Source: a virus | Taxonomy: Duplodnaviria > Heunggongvirae > Uroviricota > Caudoviricetes | Length of the DNA: 40,848 nt | IMG/VR virus record: IMGVR_UViG_2778261067_000009 | Reading direction: 5' to 3' (one strand) | Shown: positions 20,880 through 31,035 of the stretch, piece after piece | Position numbering within the stretch: the stretch's first letter is position 1 | How the letters are laid out: every line of letters begins with the position of its first letter | Translations under genes and position numbers: made by a program | Notes under the pieces: model-generated | The model's input: only the letters and a program-made list of their open reading frames with translations | Databases searched by the model: none | What the model was told of the DNA's origin: nothing

Positions 20880-20913
20880 CCGCAGGCCGGGAAACCGGTC
20901 CTGCGGTTTTTTT
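20880..20913 (+). terminator. Rho-independent terminator between hok-like gene and tail fibre gene
   Basis: CCGCAGGCCGGGAAACCGGTCCTGCGG followed by TTTTTTT. Confidence 0.65.
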
Positions 20914-20926
20914 ATGGAGGAAATCC

Positions 20927-22195
20927 ATGGCAGTCAGAATATCGGGTGTGCTGAAGGACGGGGCCGGTAAGCCGGTACCGGGATGCACGATAGAGCTGAA
21001 AGCGCGCCGCACAACGGAGACGGTGATTGTCACCACGGTGGCGTATGGTCAGCCGGGGGAAACCGGCAGTTACAGTATGGATGTTGAGCCGGGGTTGTAC
21101 CGGGTGACGCTGAACACGGAAGGGTACGCGCCGTCATATGTGGGTGACATTCTGGTGAAGGCGGAGTCTGCACCGGGAACGCTGAATAAATTTCTGATGG
21201 ACCTGGAGGACGCACAGTATTACCCGAAAGCCCTTGCAGAGCTGGAAGCGGTGGCCGCGGAAATCCTGAAACGTGCGGAAGCGTCAGCGGCGAGTGCAGA
21301 GGAAGCGAAGAAACGGGCAGAGAATGCGCGGGGACCGAAGGGTGATAAGGGAGACACGGGGCCACAGGGTATTCCCGGGCCAAAAGGCGATACCGGCGAG
21401 CGTGGGCCAAAGGGTGAGCGTGGTGAGGCAGGCCCACAGGGGGTACAGGGGCCACGGGGTGAAACCGGACCCGTGGGACCGCAAGGAGAGGCGGGTATTC
21501 AGGGGCCTGCTGGCCCTGCGGGCCCGCGGGGTGAAACCGGAGCCAGAGGCGAAAAAGGAGAGCCGGGAGATCCAGGAGGACCTCCGGGACCAAAAGGTGA
21601 CACTGGCCCCAGAGGGGAGCCGGGGCCTCAGGGCCCGGCAGGTCCGAGGGGACCTGCCGGAGAGAGAGGGCCGCAAGGATTGCAGGGTGTGGCAGGGGAG
21701 AGAGGCGATACAGGTCCGGCTGGTCCACAGGGTATACCTGGACCTCCGGGGCCAACAGGTAGCGTCGGTCCTAAGGGGGAAAAAGGCGAGCCTGGTGATC
21801 GAGGTCCACAGGGTGCTACCGGCCCCAGAGGACCACAAGGGGAAAAAGGGGATAAAGGTGACCCCGGCCCGGCAGGCCCTGCCGGTGAGCGGGGGCCGAA
21901 AGGTGATACCGGGCCGACGGGCCCCGCAGGGAAGGATGGCGCAGATTCACAGGCGAACAGAGTGCGTATCAGCGAGAAAACAGAAGTCACCTCCAGCACA
22001 GTCGTTTTCCCCTCTTTTTATGGCGGTGCGCATGGGGAAAATGCAGCCCCTGATGGCGCTGTGATTCTGAATATCAGGACGGCTCAGGTATCACTGACGA
22101 ACGGCAATTTAGGGGAAGCCTGTGTCACTGCTGTCACTTACGGCTTCCTTCAGGTTCACGATGGCAGCCAGTGGGTTACGGTGAAACATGAATAA
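20927..22195 (+). CDS. stf: Side tail fibre protein with collagen-like Gly-X-Y repeat shaft (lambda Stf-like N-terminus)
   Basis: N-terminus [28 protein letters not shown] matches lambda Stf [28 protein letters not shown]; ~200 aa of G-X-Y triplets; GGAGG RBS; start at 20927 inside the longer ORF. Confidence 0.85.
   Translation: MAVRISGVLKDGAGKPVPGCTIELKARRTTETVIVTTVAYGQPGETGSYSMDVEPGLYRVTLNTEGYAPSYVGDILVKAESAPGTLNKFLMDLEDAQYYPKALAELEAVAAEILKRAEASAASAEEAKKRAENARGPKGDKGDTGPQGIPGPKGDTGERGPKGERGEAGPQGVQGPRGETGPVGPQGEAGIQGPAGPAGPRGETGARGEKGEPGDPGGPPGPKGDTGPRGEPGPQGPAGPRGPAGERGPQGLQGVAGERGDTGPAGPQGIPGPPGPTGSVGPKGEKGEPGDRGPQGATGPRGPQGEKGDKGDPGPAGPAGERGPKGDTGPTGPAGKDGADSQANRVRISEKTEVTSSTVVFPSFYGGAHGENAAPDGAVILNIRTAQVSLTNGNLGEACVTAVTYGFLQVHDGSQWVTVKHE
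21332..21940 (+). repeat. Collagen-like Gly-X-Y triplet repeat region within the tail fibre gene (one single-residue interruption at GGPPGP)
   Basis: ~67 consecutive G-X-Y triplets rich in Pro/Lys/Glu; produces spurious long ORFs in other frames and on the opposite strand. Confidence 0.85.
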
Positions 22196-22263
22196 CATGA
22201 TTTTCCCGGGTGCGGAAAGCTTAAACGGGTACCCCGTCCTGAATATTCGTATGAGGAGAAGAA

Positions 22264-22935
22264 ATGAATCTTAAAAATCTGCAACGTTATACTCCTGAGA
22301 AGTCGGATGTTCCGGGGGCAATGTACCTGAAGGCAGAGGATGGCCGTGACTGGTATGAAAGCCAGTCGTCATTTAAGGCGGATACGCTGAAGCTGGTTTA
22401 TGACAGCGAAGGCATAATCACGAGTATCAGTAAGGATGTGTCGATGCTGTGGCCAGTGGGACAGAGTGTGGTGGAGGTTGAGGATACAGAAGAAAACCGC
22501 AAAGCTGATATCTCCGGGCGCTGGAAGTTTGACGGGGAAAAAGTCGTTGATACTCTGACCGCGGAGAAAGCGCGCGGGATGAAGGGCGATGAAATAAACG
22601 CGTGGCGTAATGCGATGGAGGCGGCGAACTACACGTTTGACCACAATGGCCGGAAATGGGACTACGGAAAGTCAACGCAGACGCGCCTTGAGCCATCGGT
22701 GGCGGCAGCGAAAGCGGGGAAACTGCCGGAGGCGTTTTTCTGGACGGATGCGGAAAACAATGATGTACAGGTGACAGCAGAAGAGCTTATTGCGCTGAGT
22801 GAAGCGGCAGAGCAGGCGATGTTCACTAAAGGGATGGAAATCCACATTCGCCAGCGCACCATGAAGAAGGACCTGGAATCGCTGAGCAGTGCGGATGAGA
22901 TCCTGGCATACAGGGTTGGCTGGGCACAGGAATAA
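22264..22935 (+). CDS. Putative tail fibre accessory/assembly protein
   Basis: 223 aa ORF directly downstream of the tail fibre gene with own RBS; assignment by position and vague recollection of DUF4376-type proteins at this position, not by a clear lambda Tfa match. Confidence 0.45.
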   Translation: MNLKNLQRYTPEKSDVPGAMYLKAEDGRDWYESQSSFKADTLKLVYDSEGIITSISKDVSMLWPVGQSVVEVEDTEENRKADISGRWKFDGEKVVDTLTAEKARGMKGDEINAWRNAMEAANYTFDHNGRKWDYGKSTQTRLEPSVAAAKAGKLPEAFFWTDAENNDVQVTAEELIALSEAAEQAMFTKGMEIHIRQRTMKKDLESLSSADEILAYRVGWAQE

Positions 22936-23098
22936 CAGACAAAAAGATGGGGGACCATCACCTCCCCCATGAACTGCGTTGATTATGTCATTATTGTGAA
23001 GGTATACACTATGCCGGACGAATACTGCCACGGAAAAGTTAATTCCGGAAGTGACGGAAATCTCATTTTTCGTGCATCCTGTTGATATGGATGATTTT

Positions 23099-23428
23099 TC
23101 AGATTTCCGGAAGTCCGTATTTTGCCCGGGCGCGGTTGCATGCTTCATTCGCGATGCCATTTTCTCCGGACATTGCGAATTCCCGGCATGTGGACGGACG
23201 GTTTTTGTAAACAGAGCAATATGCGTTTTCACCCGGAGTTCCCGCCAGAGCGACACATCGGGGATTTTTCTGACTTGTGCCGCGCATACAGCGATGAAAG
23301 GGGGATATTTGCTCAGTGAGACTGACCGGAACCTTTCCGCCAGCATCGTCAGCTTCTGCCCAGTAAAAAGAGACGCGGAAAAATGCACAACAGGCACCAC
23401 ACGTCATGCATGGATTCGGATTGTTCAT
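23099..23428 (-). CDS. YkgJ-family cysteine-cluster (putative zinc/iron-chelating, CxxCxxCC) protein, prophage moron
   Basis: [21 protein letters not shown]...DDAGG...RCMRG...RCVAL.G.PGE...C.VY..RP..CREF pattern typical of UPF0153/YkgJ; opposite strand to phage late genes; start chosen at internal Met (MNNPNPC). Confidence 0.6.
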   Translation of the reverse strand: MNNPNPCMTCGACCAFFRVSFYWAEADDAGGKVPVSLTEQISPFHRCMRGTSQKNPRCVALAGTPGENAYCSVYKNRPSTCREFAMSGENGIANEACNRARAKYGLPEI

Positions 23429-23526
23429 TTTTATACTATTTGTTGTTTTTTCAGCGATCAGATCAAAGGGCGCTGAAAAAAACATTCTCCAAAATTAGAT
23501 TATAACTATTTGATTTTATGGATAGA

Positions 23527-23560
23527 GGCATGCTTTTTACGCAAAAGTAAAAAGCATGCC
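23527..23560. terminator. Perfect 12 bp stem-loop (GGCATGCTTTTT-N10-AAAAAGCATGCC) downstream of potB; possible terminator at the prophage/host junction
   Basis: Perfect inverted repeat; lies 30 nt past the potB stop on the - strand and upstream of the ykgJ-like gene; no canonical T-run. Confidence 0.4.
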
Positions 23561-23592
23561 AAATTTGCTATTAACTCTTTGAATATTCAGCA

Positions 23593-24456
23593 CTAATCAT
23601 CTATTTCGGTTGCCTTCTTATTCAGCAGACGAGAAGCGCGCCAGTAAACCAGCAACATCAGGCCCATTACGATAGTCAGCGTAATGCTGGTGGCTGCACC
23701 AAACGGCCAGTCACGAATATTGAGGAACTGTACCTTGATGACGTTACCGATCAGCAGGTTTTTCGCACCGCCCATCAGGTCGGACACATAGAACAGGCCC
23801 ATCGCTGGCAGCATTACCAGCAGACATCCGGCAATAATTCCCGGCATCGTCAGTGGGATAATGATGCGGATGAAGGTCTGCAACTTGCTGGCACCGAGAT
23901 CGCGCGCCGCCTCAAGCAACGGCTTATCCAGTTTTTCGATACTGGAGTACAGCGGCATCACCATAAACGGCAGCAGAATGTAAACCAGACCGATAATCAC
24001 CGCACTAGGCGTGAACATGATGCGAATTGGTGTATCGATAACGCCCAGCCAGAGCAAAAACTCGTTGAGATAGCCTTTGGTGCTGAGGAAAATTTTCAGC
24101 CCGTAAATACGAATCAATGAGTTGGTCCAGAACGGAACAATCAGCAGAAACAGCAGCAGCGGACGCACCTTGTGTGGCAGCTTCGCCAGAAACCAGGCAA
24201 AAGGATAGCCCAGCACCAGGCAGGCGAGGGTGGCGATCAGCGCCATATTCAGCGAGTGCAATAGCACTTCAAAATAAAGCGGATCGAGCAGACGCGTGTA
24301 GTTATCCAGCGTAAAGACCATTTTGACGAAACTGGCGTCGTCGCGGGTCAAAAAGCTGGTGCCAATGATCATCAGGTTGGGCAGAAAGACAAACAACACA
24401 AGCCAACCGACAATAGTGACAATCACTACATTCTGGAACTTACTTGTGTTCTTCAT
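23593..24456 (-). CDS. potB: Spermidine/putrescine ABC transporter permease PotB
   Basis: Full-length match to E. coli PotB as recalled; overlaps potA stop; followed on the - strand by ATGATT then divergent sequence where potC should start. Confidence 0.95.
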   Translation of the reverse strand: MKNTSKFQNVVIVTIVGWLVLFVFLPNLMIIGTSFLTRDDASFVKMVFTLDNYTRLLDPLYFEVLLHSLNMALIATLACLVLGYPFAWFLAKLPHKVRPLLLFLLIVPFWTNSLIRIYGLKIFLSTKGYLNEFLLWLGVIDTPIRIMFTPSAVIIGLVYILLPFMVMPLYSSIEKLDKPLLEAARDLGASKLQTFIRIIIPLTMPGIIAGCLLVMLPAMGLFYVSDLMGGAKNLLIGNVIKVQFLNIRDWPFGAATSITLTIVMGLMLLVYWRASRLLNKKATEIDD

Positions 24457-25576
24457 CAGCCAGTACGACCTCCCAGCTTTCTACCCAATTAATGGCCATT
24501 TTTTGGTCGAGAGAGTGGTCAAAGTCAGGATCGTCTTCATTGAAGAATTCGCTGACCATCACCATCTTGCCATTTTCCAGTTCAACAACCGACTCCAGCG
24601 TCATACCTTTGTAGTTACGCTCGCGAACGTAACCAATCAGCCCTTCAGCGTGGTTGTCGTCGTTAATCTCTTCAACACGTAAGTCTTCCGGGCGCAGCAG
24701 AACATGCAGTTTTTGCCCCGGTTCAACGCCGAAGTTAACGTAGATATTACACTCGCGGCCTTCAACGTTGGCGCGTACGCGCTGCTCGTCGAGACGTTCG
24801 ATGACCGTGGCATTAAACATATTGATTTCACCGATAAACCCAGCAACAAACAGGTTTTTCGGCTCTTCGTAGATTTCACGCGGCGTGCCGTCTTGCTCAA
24901 TGCGACCATCGCGCATCACCACAATCCTGTCCGACATGGTGAGTGCTTCTTCCTGGTCGTGAGTCACGAAGACGAATGTAATGCCAAGCTTACGCTGTAG
25001 CGCTTTCAGCTCGTTCTGCATCTGTTTACGCAGTTTGTAATCCAGCGCTGAGAGCGACTCATCCAGCAACAACAGACGAGGCTTGTTAACCACCGCGCGA
25101 GCAATGGCGACGCGTTGCTGTTGACCACCAGAAAGCTGATGCGGTTTACGTTGAGCGAAGGTTTCCAGCTGCACCATCCGCAGGGCTTCCATCACGCGGG
25201 GCGTAATTTCAGCTGCGGGGGTTTTTTGCATGCGCAACCCAAAGGCCACATTTTCGAACACGGTCATGTGGGGGAAAAGTGCGTAGCTTTGGAAAACAGT
25301 GTTCACATAGCGGTTTTCCGCCGGAACGTGGGTGATGTCCTCGTTATCCAGCATGATGCGTCCGGAATCAACAGTTTCCAGACCTGCAATCAGGCGAAGA
25401 ACGGTTGTTTTACCGCAGCCAGAAGGGCCAAGCAGCGTGAGGAACTCGCCATTGTTGATAGTCAGATCCAGCTGGGGAATGACCTCTTTACCATCAAAGC
25501 ATTTGCGAATTCCCGCCAATTGCACCAGCGGTGAAAGCGAACTCGGTTGTTTATTCAATTTTTTACTCTGTCCCAT
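24440..25576 (-). CDS. potA: Spermidine/putrescine ABC transporter ATPase PotA
   Basis: 378 aa; Walker [13 protein letters not shown] signature [14 protein letters not shown]; matches E. coli PotA. Confidence 0.97.
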   Translation of the reverse strand: MGQSKKLNKQPSSLSPLVQLAGIRKCFDGKEVIPQLDLTINNGEFLTLLGPSGCGKTTVLRLIAGLETVDSGRIMLDNEDITHVPAENRYVNTVFQSYALFPHMTVFENVAFGLRMQKTPAAEITPRVMEALRMVQLETFAQRKPHQLSGGQQQRVAIARAVVNKPRLLLLDESLSALDYKLRKQMQNELKALQRKLGITFVFVTHDQEEALTMSDRIVVMRDGRIEQDGTPREIYEEPKNLFVAGFIGEINMFNATVIERLDEQRVRANVEGRECNIYVNFGVEPGQKLHVLLRPEDLRVEEINDDNHAEGLIGYVRERNYKGMTLESVVELENGKMVMVSEFFNEDDPDFDHSLDQKMAINWVESWEVVLADEEHK

Positions 25577-25825
25577 GTAAACGCAACGGATGGCTTACCG
25601 ATGCGGGGTTTGTGGTTAACCACCTTGGTGACTCTTAATGAGGGCGGTAATTCTACGGCAAACCGCTTGAATCGCCAATCTTTGTTGTGAATTACTGGCT
25701 TAGCTTTATATTCATTAAGGTAATGCTGATAAATATTCCCGCTTGCAGGGGTAAAAGTGACCTGACGCAATATTTGTCTTTTCTTGCTTCTTAATAATGT
25801 TGTCACAAAAAGTGAGGGTGACTAC

Positions 25826-27052
25826 ATGGATAAACTACTTGAGCGATTTTTGAACTACGTGTCTCTGGATACCCAATCAAAAGCCGGGGTGAGACAGGTT
25901 CCCAGCACGGAAGGCCAATGGAAGTTATTGCATCTGCTGAAAGAGCAGCTCGAAGAGATGGGGCTTATCAATGTGACCTTAAGTGAGAAGGGCACGTTGA
26001 TGGCGACGTTACCGGCTAACGTCCCAGGCGATATCCCCGCGATTGGCTTTATTTCTCATGTGGATACCTCACCGGATTGCAGCGGCAAAAATGTGAATCC
26101 GCAAATCGTTGAAAACTATCGCGGTGGCGATATTGCGCTGGGTATCGGCGATGAAGTTTTATCACCGGTTATGTTCCCGGTGCTGCATCAGCTACTGGGT
26201 CAGACGCTGATTACCACCGATGGTAAAACCTTGTTAGGTGCCGATGATAAAGCTGGTATTGCAGAAATCATGACCGCGCTGGCGGTATTACAACAAAAAA
26301 ACATTCCGCATGGTGATATTCGTGTCGCCTTTACCCCGGATGAAGAAGTGGGCAAAGGGGCGAAACATTTTGATGTTGACGCCTTCGATGCCCGCTGGGC
26401 TTACACCGTTGATGGTGGTGGCGTAGGCGAACTGGAGTTTGAAAACTTCAACGCCGCGTCGGTCAATATCAAAATTGTCGGTAACAATGTTCACCCGGGC
26501 ACGGCGAAAGGAGTGATGGTAAATGCGCTTTCGCTGGCGGCACGTATTCATGCGGAAGTTCCGGCAAATGAAAGCCCGGAAATGACAGAAGGCTATGAAG
26601 GTTTCTATCACCTGGCGAGCATGAAAGGCACCGTTGAACGGGCCGATATGCACTACATCATTCGTGATTTCGACCGTAAACAGTTTGAAGCGCGTAAACG
26701 TAAAATGATGGAGATCGCCAAAAAAGTGGGCAAAGGGTTACATCCTGATTGCTACATTGAACTGGTGATTGAAGACAGTTACTACAATATGCGCGAGAAA
26801 GTGGTTGAGCATCCGCATATTCTCGATATCGCTCAGCAGGCGATGCGTGACTGCGATATTGAGCCGGAACTGAAACCGATCCGCGGTGGTACCGACGGCG
26901 CGCAGTTGTCGTTTATGGGATTACCGTGTCCGAACCTGTTCACTGGCGGTTACAACTACCATGGTAAGCATGAATTTGTGACTCTGGAAGGTATGGAAAA
27001 AGCGGTGCAGGTGATCGTCCGTATTGCCGAGTTAACGGCGCAACGGAAGTAG
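25826..27052 (+). CDS. pepT: Peptidase T (tripeptide aminopeptidase)
   Basis: [21 protein letters not shown]... matches E. coli PepT; start at ATG 25826 with GAGGGTG RBS inside the longer ORF. Confidence 0.95.
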   Translation: MDKLLERFLNYVSLDTQSKAGVRQVPSTEGQWKLLHLLKEQLEEMGLINVTLSEKGTLMATLPANVPGDIPAIGFISHVDTSPDCSGKNVNPQIVENYRGGDIALGIGDEVLSPVMFPVLHQLLGQTLITTDGKTLLGADDKAGIAEIMTALAVLQQKNIPHGDIRVAFTPDEEVGKGAKHFDVDAFDARWAYTVDGGGVGELEFENFNAASVNIKIVGNNVHPGTAKGVMVNALSLAARIHAEVPANESPEMTEGYEGFYHLASMKGTVERADMHYIIRDFDRKQFEARKRKMMEIAKKVGKGLHPDCYIELVIEDSYYNMREKVVEHPHILDIAQQAMRDCDIEPELKPIRGGTDGAQLSFMGLPCPNLFTGGYNYHGKHEFVTLEGMEKAVQVIVRIAELTAQRK

Positions 27053-27058
27053 CGAAAA

Positions 27059-27084
27059 GGGATGCGGCATGTGATGCCGCATCC
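27059..27084. terminator. Stem-loop between convergent pepT and roxA (likely bidirectional terminator)
   Basis: GGATGCGGCA-TGTGA-TGCCGCATCC palindrome in the 47 bp gap between convergent genes. Confidence 0.5.
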
Positions 27085-27099
27085 AGCTTAACTTCAAAC

Positions 27100-28221
27100 T
27101 TACCCTTCGAAGAACCAATACCCGCTATTGACCAGCGCCGCGAGCATCGCGAGGAATGACGGATCTTCCAGCGCATCGCCAAAATTCTCCGCGGTCAGCG
27201 CAATGTTGCTGGCGAGCGCATCCAGTGCCGGACGGTGCGGGGAATCGATCTTCTCACCATTGGCATACACGTCGTCGCCAATGCGCAATACGCGCAGACC
27301 ACCCAGACGCACCAGCACATCACCTTGTTTCAGCGCATCGTAGATTTCATCCGGCTGATAAGGCGGCTCTGGCGGCGCGATATCCAGTTCATGACGTGAC
27401 TGGGATATAAACTCGCCAAACCATTGCTTAAAGTGTTCCGGCTGGTTGATCAATTCGAGCATCATCTCACGCAGTTTATCCATCTCTTGCGGCAGAACGT
27501 CCGCAGGATGAGCGCGAGGTGGAACATCAGGATCGCTGTAGTAGTTGCCGCCCAGTTCACGTTGCAGCACATAATCGGCAAATCCGCTAATCAGTTCCCG
27601 CGTATTTGGCGCGCGAAAACCCACGGAATAGTTCATCGCATTTTCCAGCGCGTAGCCTTCATGGGGGAATCCTGGCGGAATATAAAGAATATCGCCTGGC
27701 TCCAGTTCTTCATCAATGATGGCTTCGAACGGATCGACCTGTAACAGATCCGGGTGCGGGCAGTGCTGTTTCATTTGCAGCTTTTCGCCCACTCGCCAGC
27801 GACGACGTCCGGTACCCTGAATGATAAACACGTCGTACTGATCGAGATGTGGGCCGACGCCGCCGCCAGGTACGGAAAAAGAGATCATCAGGTCATCAAT
27901 ACGCCAGTCCGGCAGTTCACGGAACGGCCGCATCAGCGAGGCGCTCGGCTCATGCCAGTGGTTCACTGCCTGTACCAGTAACGACCAGTTGGTTTCACCG
28001 AGATGATCGTAGCTTTCGAACGGGCCGTGGCTGACCTGCCATTTGCCATCCTGGTGACTGACCAGTCGACTGTCGACTTCGCTTTCCATCGCCAGACCCG
28101 CCAACTCGTCTGGAGAGATCGGGTCAATAAAATTATTAAAGCCGCGTTTTAACACCACCGGGCGTTTCTGCCAGTGACGTTCAAGAAAATCGGGCCAGTT
28201 AAGAGTGAGTTGGTATTCCAT
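27100..28221 (-). CDS. roxA: Ribosomal protein uL16 arginine hydroxylase RoxA (YcfD), JmjC/cupin
   Basis: MEYQLTLNWPDFLERHWQKRPVVLKRGF... matches E. coli YcfD/RoxA; start taken at the Met that gives 373 aa. Confidence 0.9.
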   Translation of the reverse strand: MEYQLTLNWPDFLERHWQKRPVVLKRGFNNFIDPISPDELAGLAMESEVDSRLVSHQDGKWQVSHGPFESYDHLGETNWSLLVQAVNHWHEPSASLMRPFRELPDWRIDDLMISFSVPGGGVGPHLDQYDVFIIQGTGRRRWRVGEKLQMKQHCPHPDLLQVDPFEAIIDEELEPGDILYIPPGFPHEGYALENAMNYSVGFRAPNTRELISGFADYVLQRELGGNYYSDPDVPPRAHPADVLPQEMDKLREMMLELINQPEHFKQWFGEFISQSRHELDIAPPEPPYQPDEIYDALKQGDVLVRLGGLRVLRIGDDVYANGEKIDSPHRPALDALASNIALTAENFGDALEDPSFLAMLAALVNSGYWFFEG

Positions 28222-28380
28222 GTTAAGCATCCACAGGCTGGTATCTGCAACCGATTATAACGGATGCTTAACGTAATGCGTGAAGTATGGACATATTTTA
28301 TCAATTAGTGTTTTTTGCCGTTTCATAATGTTTCAGATTGTTCATTATGTTTTTGATTATAAACAGATTTGTGATTTTCC

Positions 28381-28448
28381 TTGTTCCAGCTTGTTTCACG
28401 TTGTAGCCCTTTGTGCAACGATCGGTGTAGTTAATGGTGTAGTTAATT
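28381..28448. repeat. attL: Left direct repeat of the island (attL candidate), core CGGTGTAGTTAATGGTGTAGT
   Basis: TTGTTCCA..TTGTTTCA...GTGCAACGATCGGTGTAGTTAATGGTGTAGTTAATT recurs with few changes at 39249-39306. Confidence 0.55.
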
Positions 28449-29699
28449 GTGATGACCGGAATCAAAATTATGAGCAGAGCACTTAACAAACTGAGCGATA
28501 CACAGCTGAGGAAAATCAACGGCACACCCGCCCAAAAAACAGCCTTTCTTAATGACGGTGGAAACCTGAGCGTCAGGCATTCAACCAGTGGCCTTTTAAC
28601 CTGGTATTTCACTTACAGGGCCGGAACGGGAAGGGGGGCACCACCGGAACGCATTAAGCTGGGAAATTATCCTGATCTGAGCCTGAAATCAGCCAGGGAA
28701 AAAGCCGCCCAGTGTCGCGCATGGCTGGCAGAGGGGAAAAATCCACGTCATGAGCTTAATTACACCGTACAGGAAGCGTTAAAGCCGGTAACGGTTGGCG
28801 ATGCGCTCACCTACTGGCTTGAGTCGTACGCAAAGGAAAACCGCGTGGATTATGCCGCCCTGAAAAAGCGCCTTAATAATCACGTAATACAGCACATTGG
28901 TGCTATGCCGCTGGATAAATGCGAGCTACGGCACTGGCTGGCCTGTTTTGACCAGGTGGCAAAGCGAACGCCTGTTACTGCCGGATTCTTGCTACAGACG
29001 TGCAAACAGGCGCTTAAGTTCTGCCGGAGGCGGCGCTATGCAATCAGCAACGTTCTTGATGATATGAGTGTGGCGGACGTTGGGAAAAAACCGGATATAA
29101 GCGAGCGTGTCTTAAGCACCAAAGAACTGGGCGAATTATTGCAGGCACTGGACAAAAAAATATTCTCCCCCTACTACATCGCGTTAATCCGCCTCCTGAT
29201 TGTGTTCGGATGCCGGACGGTAGAACTGAGGTTATCGGAGATCAGCGAGTGGGATTTTACCGAAATGCTCTGGACCGTGCCGAAAGAACACAGCAAAACG
29301 AAGGTGGCAATATTCCGGCCCATACCGGAAGCAATACTGCCGTTCGTCACGCAGCTGGTGGAGCAGAACAGGCACACGGGCTTATTGCTGGGGGAAGTGA
29401 AACAGGAAACAAGCGTGTCGCAGTACGGCAGATTAGCGCACAGGAGGCTAAATCACCCTCACTGGTCACTACATGACATCCGGCGCACCTTTACAACGAT
29501 GCTGAGCGATTTAGGCGTGGATCCTCACGTCGTGGAGCAGCTTACAGGCCACCAGATGCCAGGAATGCAGCGAGTTTATAATCATTCCCGTTATCTGGAT
29601 GCTAAACGCAATGCGCTGGATATGTGGATGGAGCGGTTAGGGATACTGGCGGGAACACATGAAAACGTAACCGCACTACCAGCAGCCAGAAGAAAATAA
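28449..29699 (+). CDS. int: Tyrosine-type site-specific integrase (P4/CP4-57-like family)
   Basis: 416 aa; C-terminal catalytic region with ...HDIRRTFTTMLSDLGVDPHVVEQLTGHQ...VYNHSRY; abuts the left repeat; true start may be the internal Met at 28470. Confidence 0.9.
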   Translation: MMTGIKIMSRALNKLSDTQLRKINGTPAQKTAFLNDGGNLSVRHSTSGLLTWYFTYRAGTGRGAPPERIKLGNYPDLSLKSAREKAAQCRAWLAEGKNPRHELNYTVQEALKPVTVGDALTYWLESYAKENRVDYAALKKRLNNHVIQHIGAMPLDKCELRHWLACFDQVAKRTPVTAGFLLQTCKQALKFCRRRRYAISNVLDDMSVADVGKKPDISERVLSTKELGELLQALDKKIFSPYYIALIRLLIVFGCRTVELRLSEISEWDFTEMLWTVPKEHSKTKVAIFRPIPEAILPFVTQLVEQNRHTGLLLGEVKQETSVSQYGRLAHRRLNHPHWSLHDIRRTFTTMLSDLGVDPHVVEQLTGHQMPGMQRVYNHSRYLDAKRNALDMWMERLGILAGTHENVTALPAARRK

Positions 29700-30064
29700 T
29701 TTTTTTCGTGTTTTTTCAGTATGCGCATACTGGATAAGCACACAGATACAACGGCGAACAATGTGAAACAACGTGGAACAACCACGAACAAGAGGCGAAA
29801 AAGTACACAGGTTTATAAGTGACTGATTTTATTTGTGTGACTGTTTTTTTATACATTAGCGAATAACGCTTTAACGCGTGAGAAAAAAGGCATGAAACAA
29901 TATTTTATGCCTTTGTATTAACATGAATTTAAAAGATTTTATTCTTACTGTTTCATTTTCTGTAAATCATACATCCTCAATATTTGCCATTCATCACTCT
30001 AGCGGGAACAATACGACACAATAAGACACCTGATGACTCTTTAAGAAACGAAAGGGGGGCAATA

Positions 30065-30253
30065 GTGTTAAGCACTGATCGGTTTATACGTGAAAAAGAA
30101 TGCGAAAAACTAACCGGCCTTAGCCGTACGTGTCGCTACCGCCTGGAAAAGGCCGGACAATTCCCATCACGTCGTAAACTTGGCGGTCGTTCCGTTGGCT
30201 GGTCTTTATCCGAGGTTCTGGCCTGGAAGGATAGCTGCAAGGCAGTTCATTAA
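30065..30253 (+). CDS. alpA: AlpA-family transcriptional regulator/excisionase-like protein
   Basis: 62 aa HTH protein ...LTGLSRTCRYRLEKAGQFPSRRKLGGRSVGWSLSEVLAW... typical of AlpA; GTG start 30065 with AAAGGGGGG RBS. Confidence 0.75.
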   Translation: MLSTDRFIREKECEKLTGLSRTCRYRLEKAGQFPSRRKLGGRSVGWSLSEVLAWKDSCKAVH

Positions 30254-30522
30254 TCACGCTGGCGGCACGCAGCCGCCACACATCAATCATCTGAACACAG
30301 AGCTATAACCATGAAGATTGAATATACGCCAGAACGTGGGCGGGGATTCGTTCGCCCTGGTGAAACTGAAAAACAACAAAATTGGGGTTTTTCAGACATA
30401 AAAAAAGCGGCCCCGAAATGGAGCCGCCTTTCTGAACAGATAACCCGCTGCGCCGTTTGTGTGTGTGATCCCAAACATAAGAACGGCAATGATAGTCGCT
30501 ATCAGGCTGGTGGGCAATGCTA

Positions 30523-30711
30523 TCAGTCTGGTTCAGTTCGTTGCCATACCTGCAATGAGCGCTTTTCCCTGTACTCTTTAAGGAATTGCTCAAGGGCAAA
30601 AGCACATGGCGCGAATCTTTCTGATTCATGCTCTATCTTTCTGCGCCGTCTTTTCCGTGCCGGTGATAATGTTTTGGTCAATTCTTTATCGGTCATTGTG
30701 TTGTCCTGCAT
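30523..30711 (-). CDS. Hypothetical small basic protein (62 aa)
   Basis: ORF downstream of the RHH gene on the - strand; no convincing RBS; KRRRRK basic patch; could be spurious. Confidence 0.25.
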   Translation of the reverse strand: MQDNTMTDKELTKTLSPARKRRRRKIEHESERFAPCAFALEQFLKEYREKRSLQVWQRTEPD

Positions 30712-30753
30712 AGCAATGCGCCGTAATACCTTACACCACGGCGCTGATGGTGA

Positions 30754-30933
30754 TTACTCTGGTTCTTTGGCCTTGCGCCGCTGGCGATATTCAACTTCTC
30801 GTTTTAATGCTGCAGTAACAAATTGCCCCGTACTTTCGCCAGGCATTTTTACCGCCTCAACATTGTTCATAACTTCATGCGGAACCCTTGCCGCAACGGT
30901 TTGTGATTTTGCGTTTACTGCTTTTGTCGCCAT
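30754..30933 (-). CDS. Small ribbon-helix-helix-like DNA-binding protein (59 aa), candidate island repressor
   Basis: MATKAVNAKSQTVAARVPHEVMNNVEAVKMPGESTGQFVTAALKREVEYRQRRKAKEPE; beta-strand then two-helix pattern typical of Arc/MetJ/CopG RHH; GAGGGG RBS; divergent from the operator/promoter region; below the 60 aa cut-off of the supplied ORF track. Confidence 0.45.
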   Translation of the reverse strand: MATKAVNAKSQTVAARVPHEVMNNVEAVKMPGESTGQFVTAALKREVEYRQRRKAKEPE

Positions 30934-30983
30934 GTGGTGTACCCCTCATAAAAAACAAATGCAGTATGCAGGAAAAAAAACAA

Positions 30984-31035
30984 GTGTTCAACACTTGACG
31001 TGTTTAACACCTGGGTTTAAATTGGTGTTCAACAC
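30984..31035. promoter_or_regulatory. Operator/promoter region: three copies of the 11 bp palindrome GTGTT(C/T)AACAC overlapping a TTGACG -35 and TTTAAAT -10 candidate
   Basis: Palindromes at 30984-30994, 31000-31010, 31025-31035; lies between the divergent RHH gene and the icd-like operon. Confidence 0.5.

Larger units (their letters stand above)
1..23592 (+). mobile_element. Lambda-like cos prophage, right arm (lysis-distal moron, cos, head, tail, attR side); left end including int/immunity lies outside the window
   Basis: Collinear lambda-order gene set Nu1-A-W-B-C-D-E-FI-FII-Z-U-V-G-T-H-M-L-K-I-J with clear protein similarity to lambda gene products; lambda-type cosN GGGCGGCGACCT present; ends where host potB begins. 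Confidence 0.88.

Noticed and set aside
21332-21940. Possible CRISPR array or VNTR
   Set aside because: The periodicity is 9 nt Gly-X-Y coding repeats inside an intact ORF, not direct repeats separated by spacers.
21030-22064. Several long ORFs in alternative frames and on the minus strand (241, 263, 184, 123 aa) across the tail fibre gene
   Set aside because: Artefacts of the GGN-rich collagen-like repeat, which is open in several frames; Pro/Arg/Gly-rich translations.
23051-23476. 141 aa plus-strand ORF
   Set aside because: Antisense to the YkgJ-like gene, whose CxxCxxCC motif gives it clear family support; the plus-strand translation has no recognisable features.
24117-25580. Plus-strand ORFs within potB/potA (24117-24314, 24323-24682, 24704-25000, 25115-25534, 25332-25580)
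   Set aside because: Antisense to the highly conserved potA and potB genes.
27100-28230. Plus-strand ORFs inside roxA (27128-27343, 27156-27410, 27424-27744, 27754-27981, 27849-28034)
   Set aside because: Antisense to the conserved roxA/ycfD gene.
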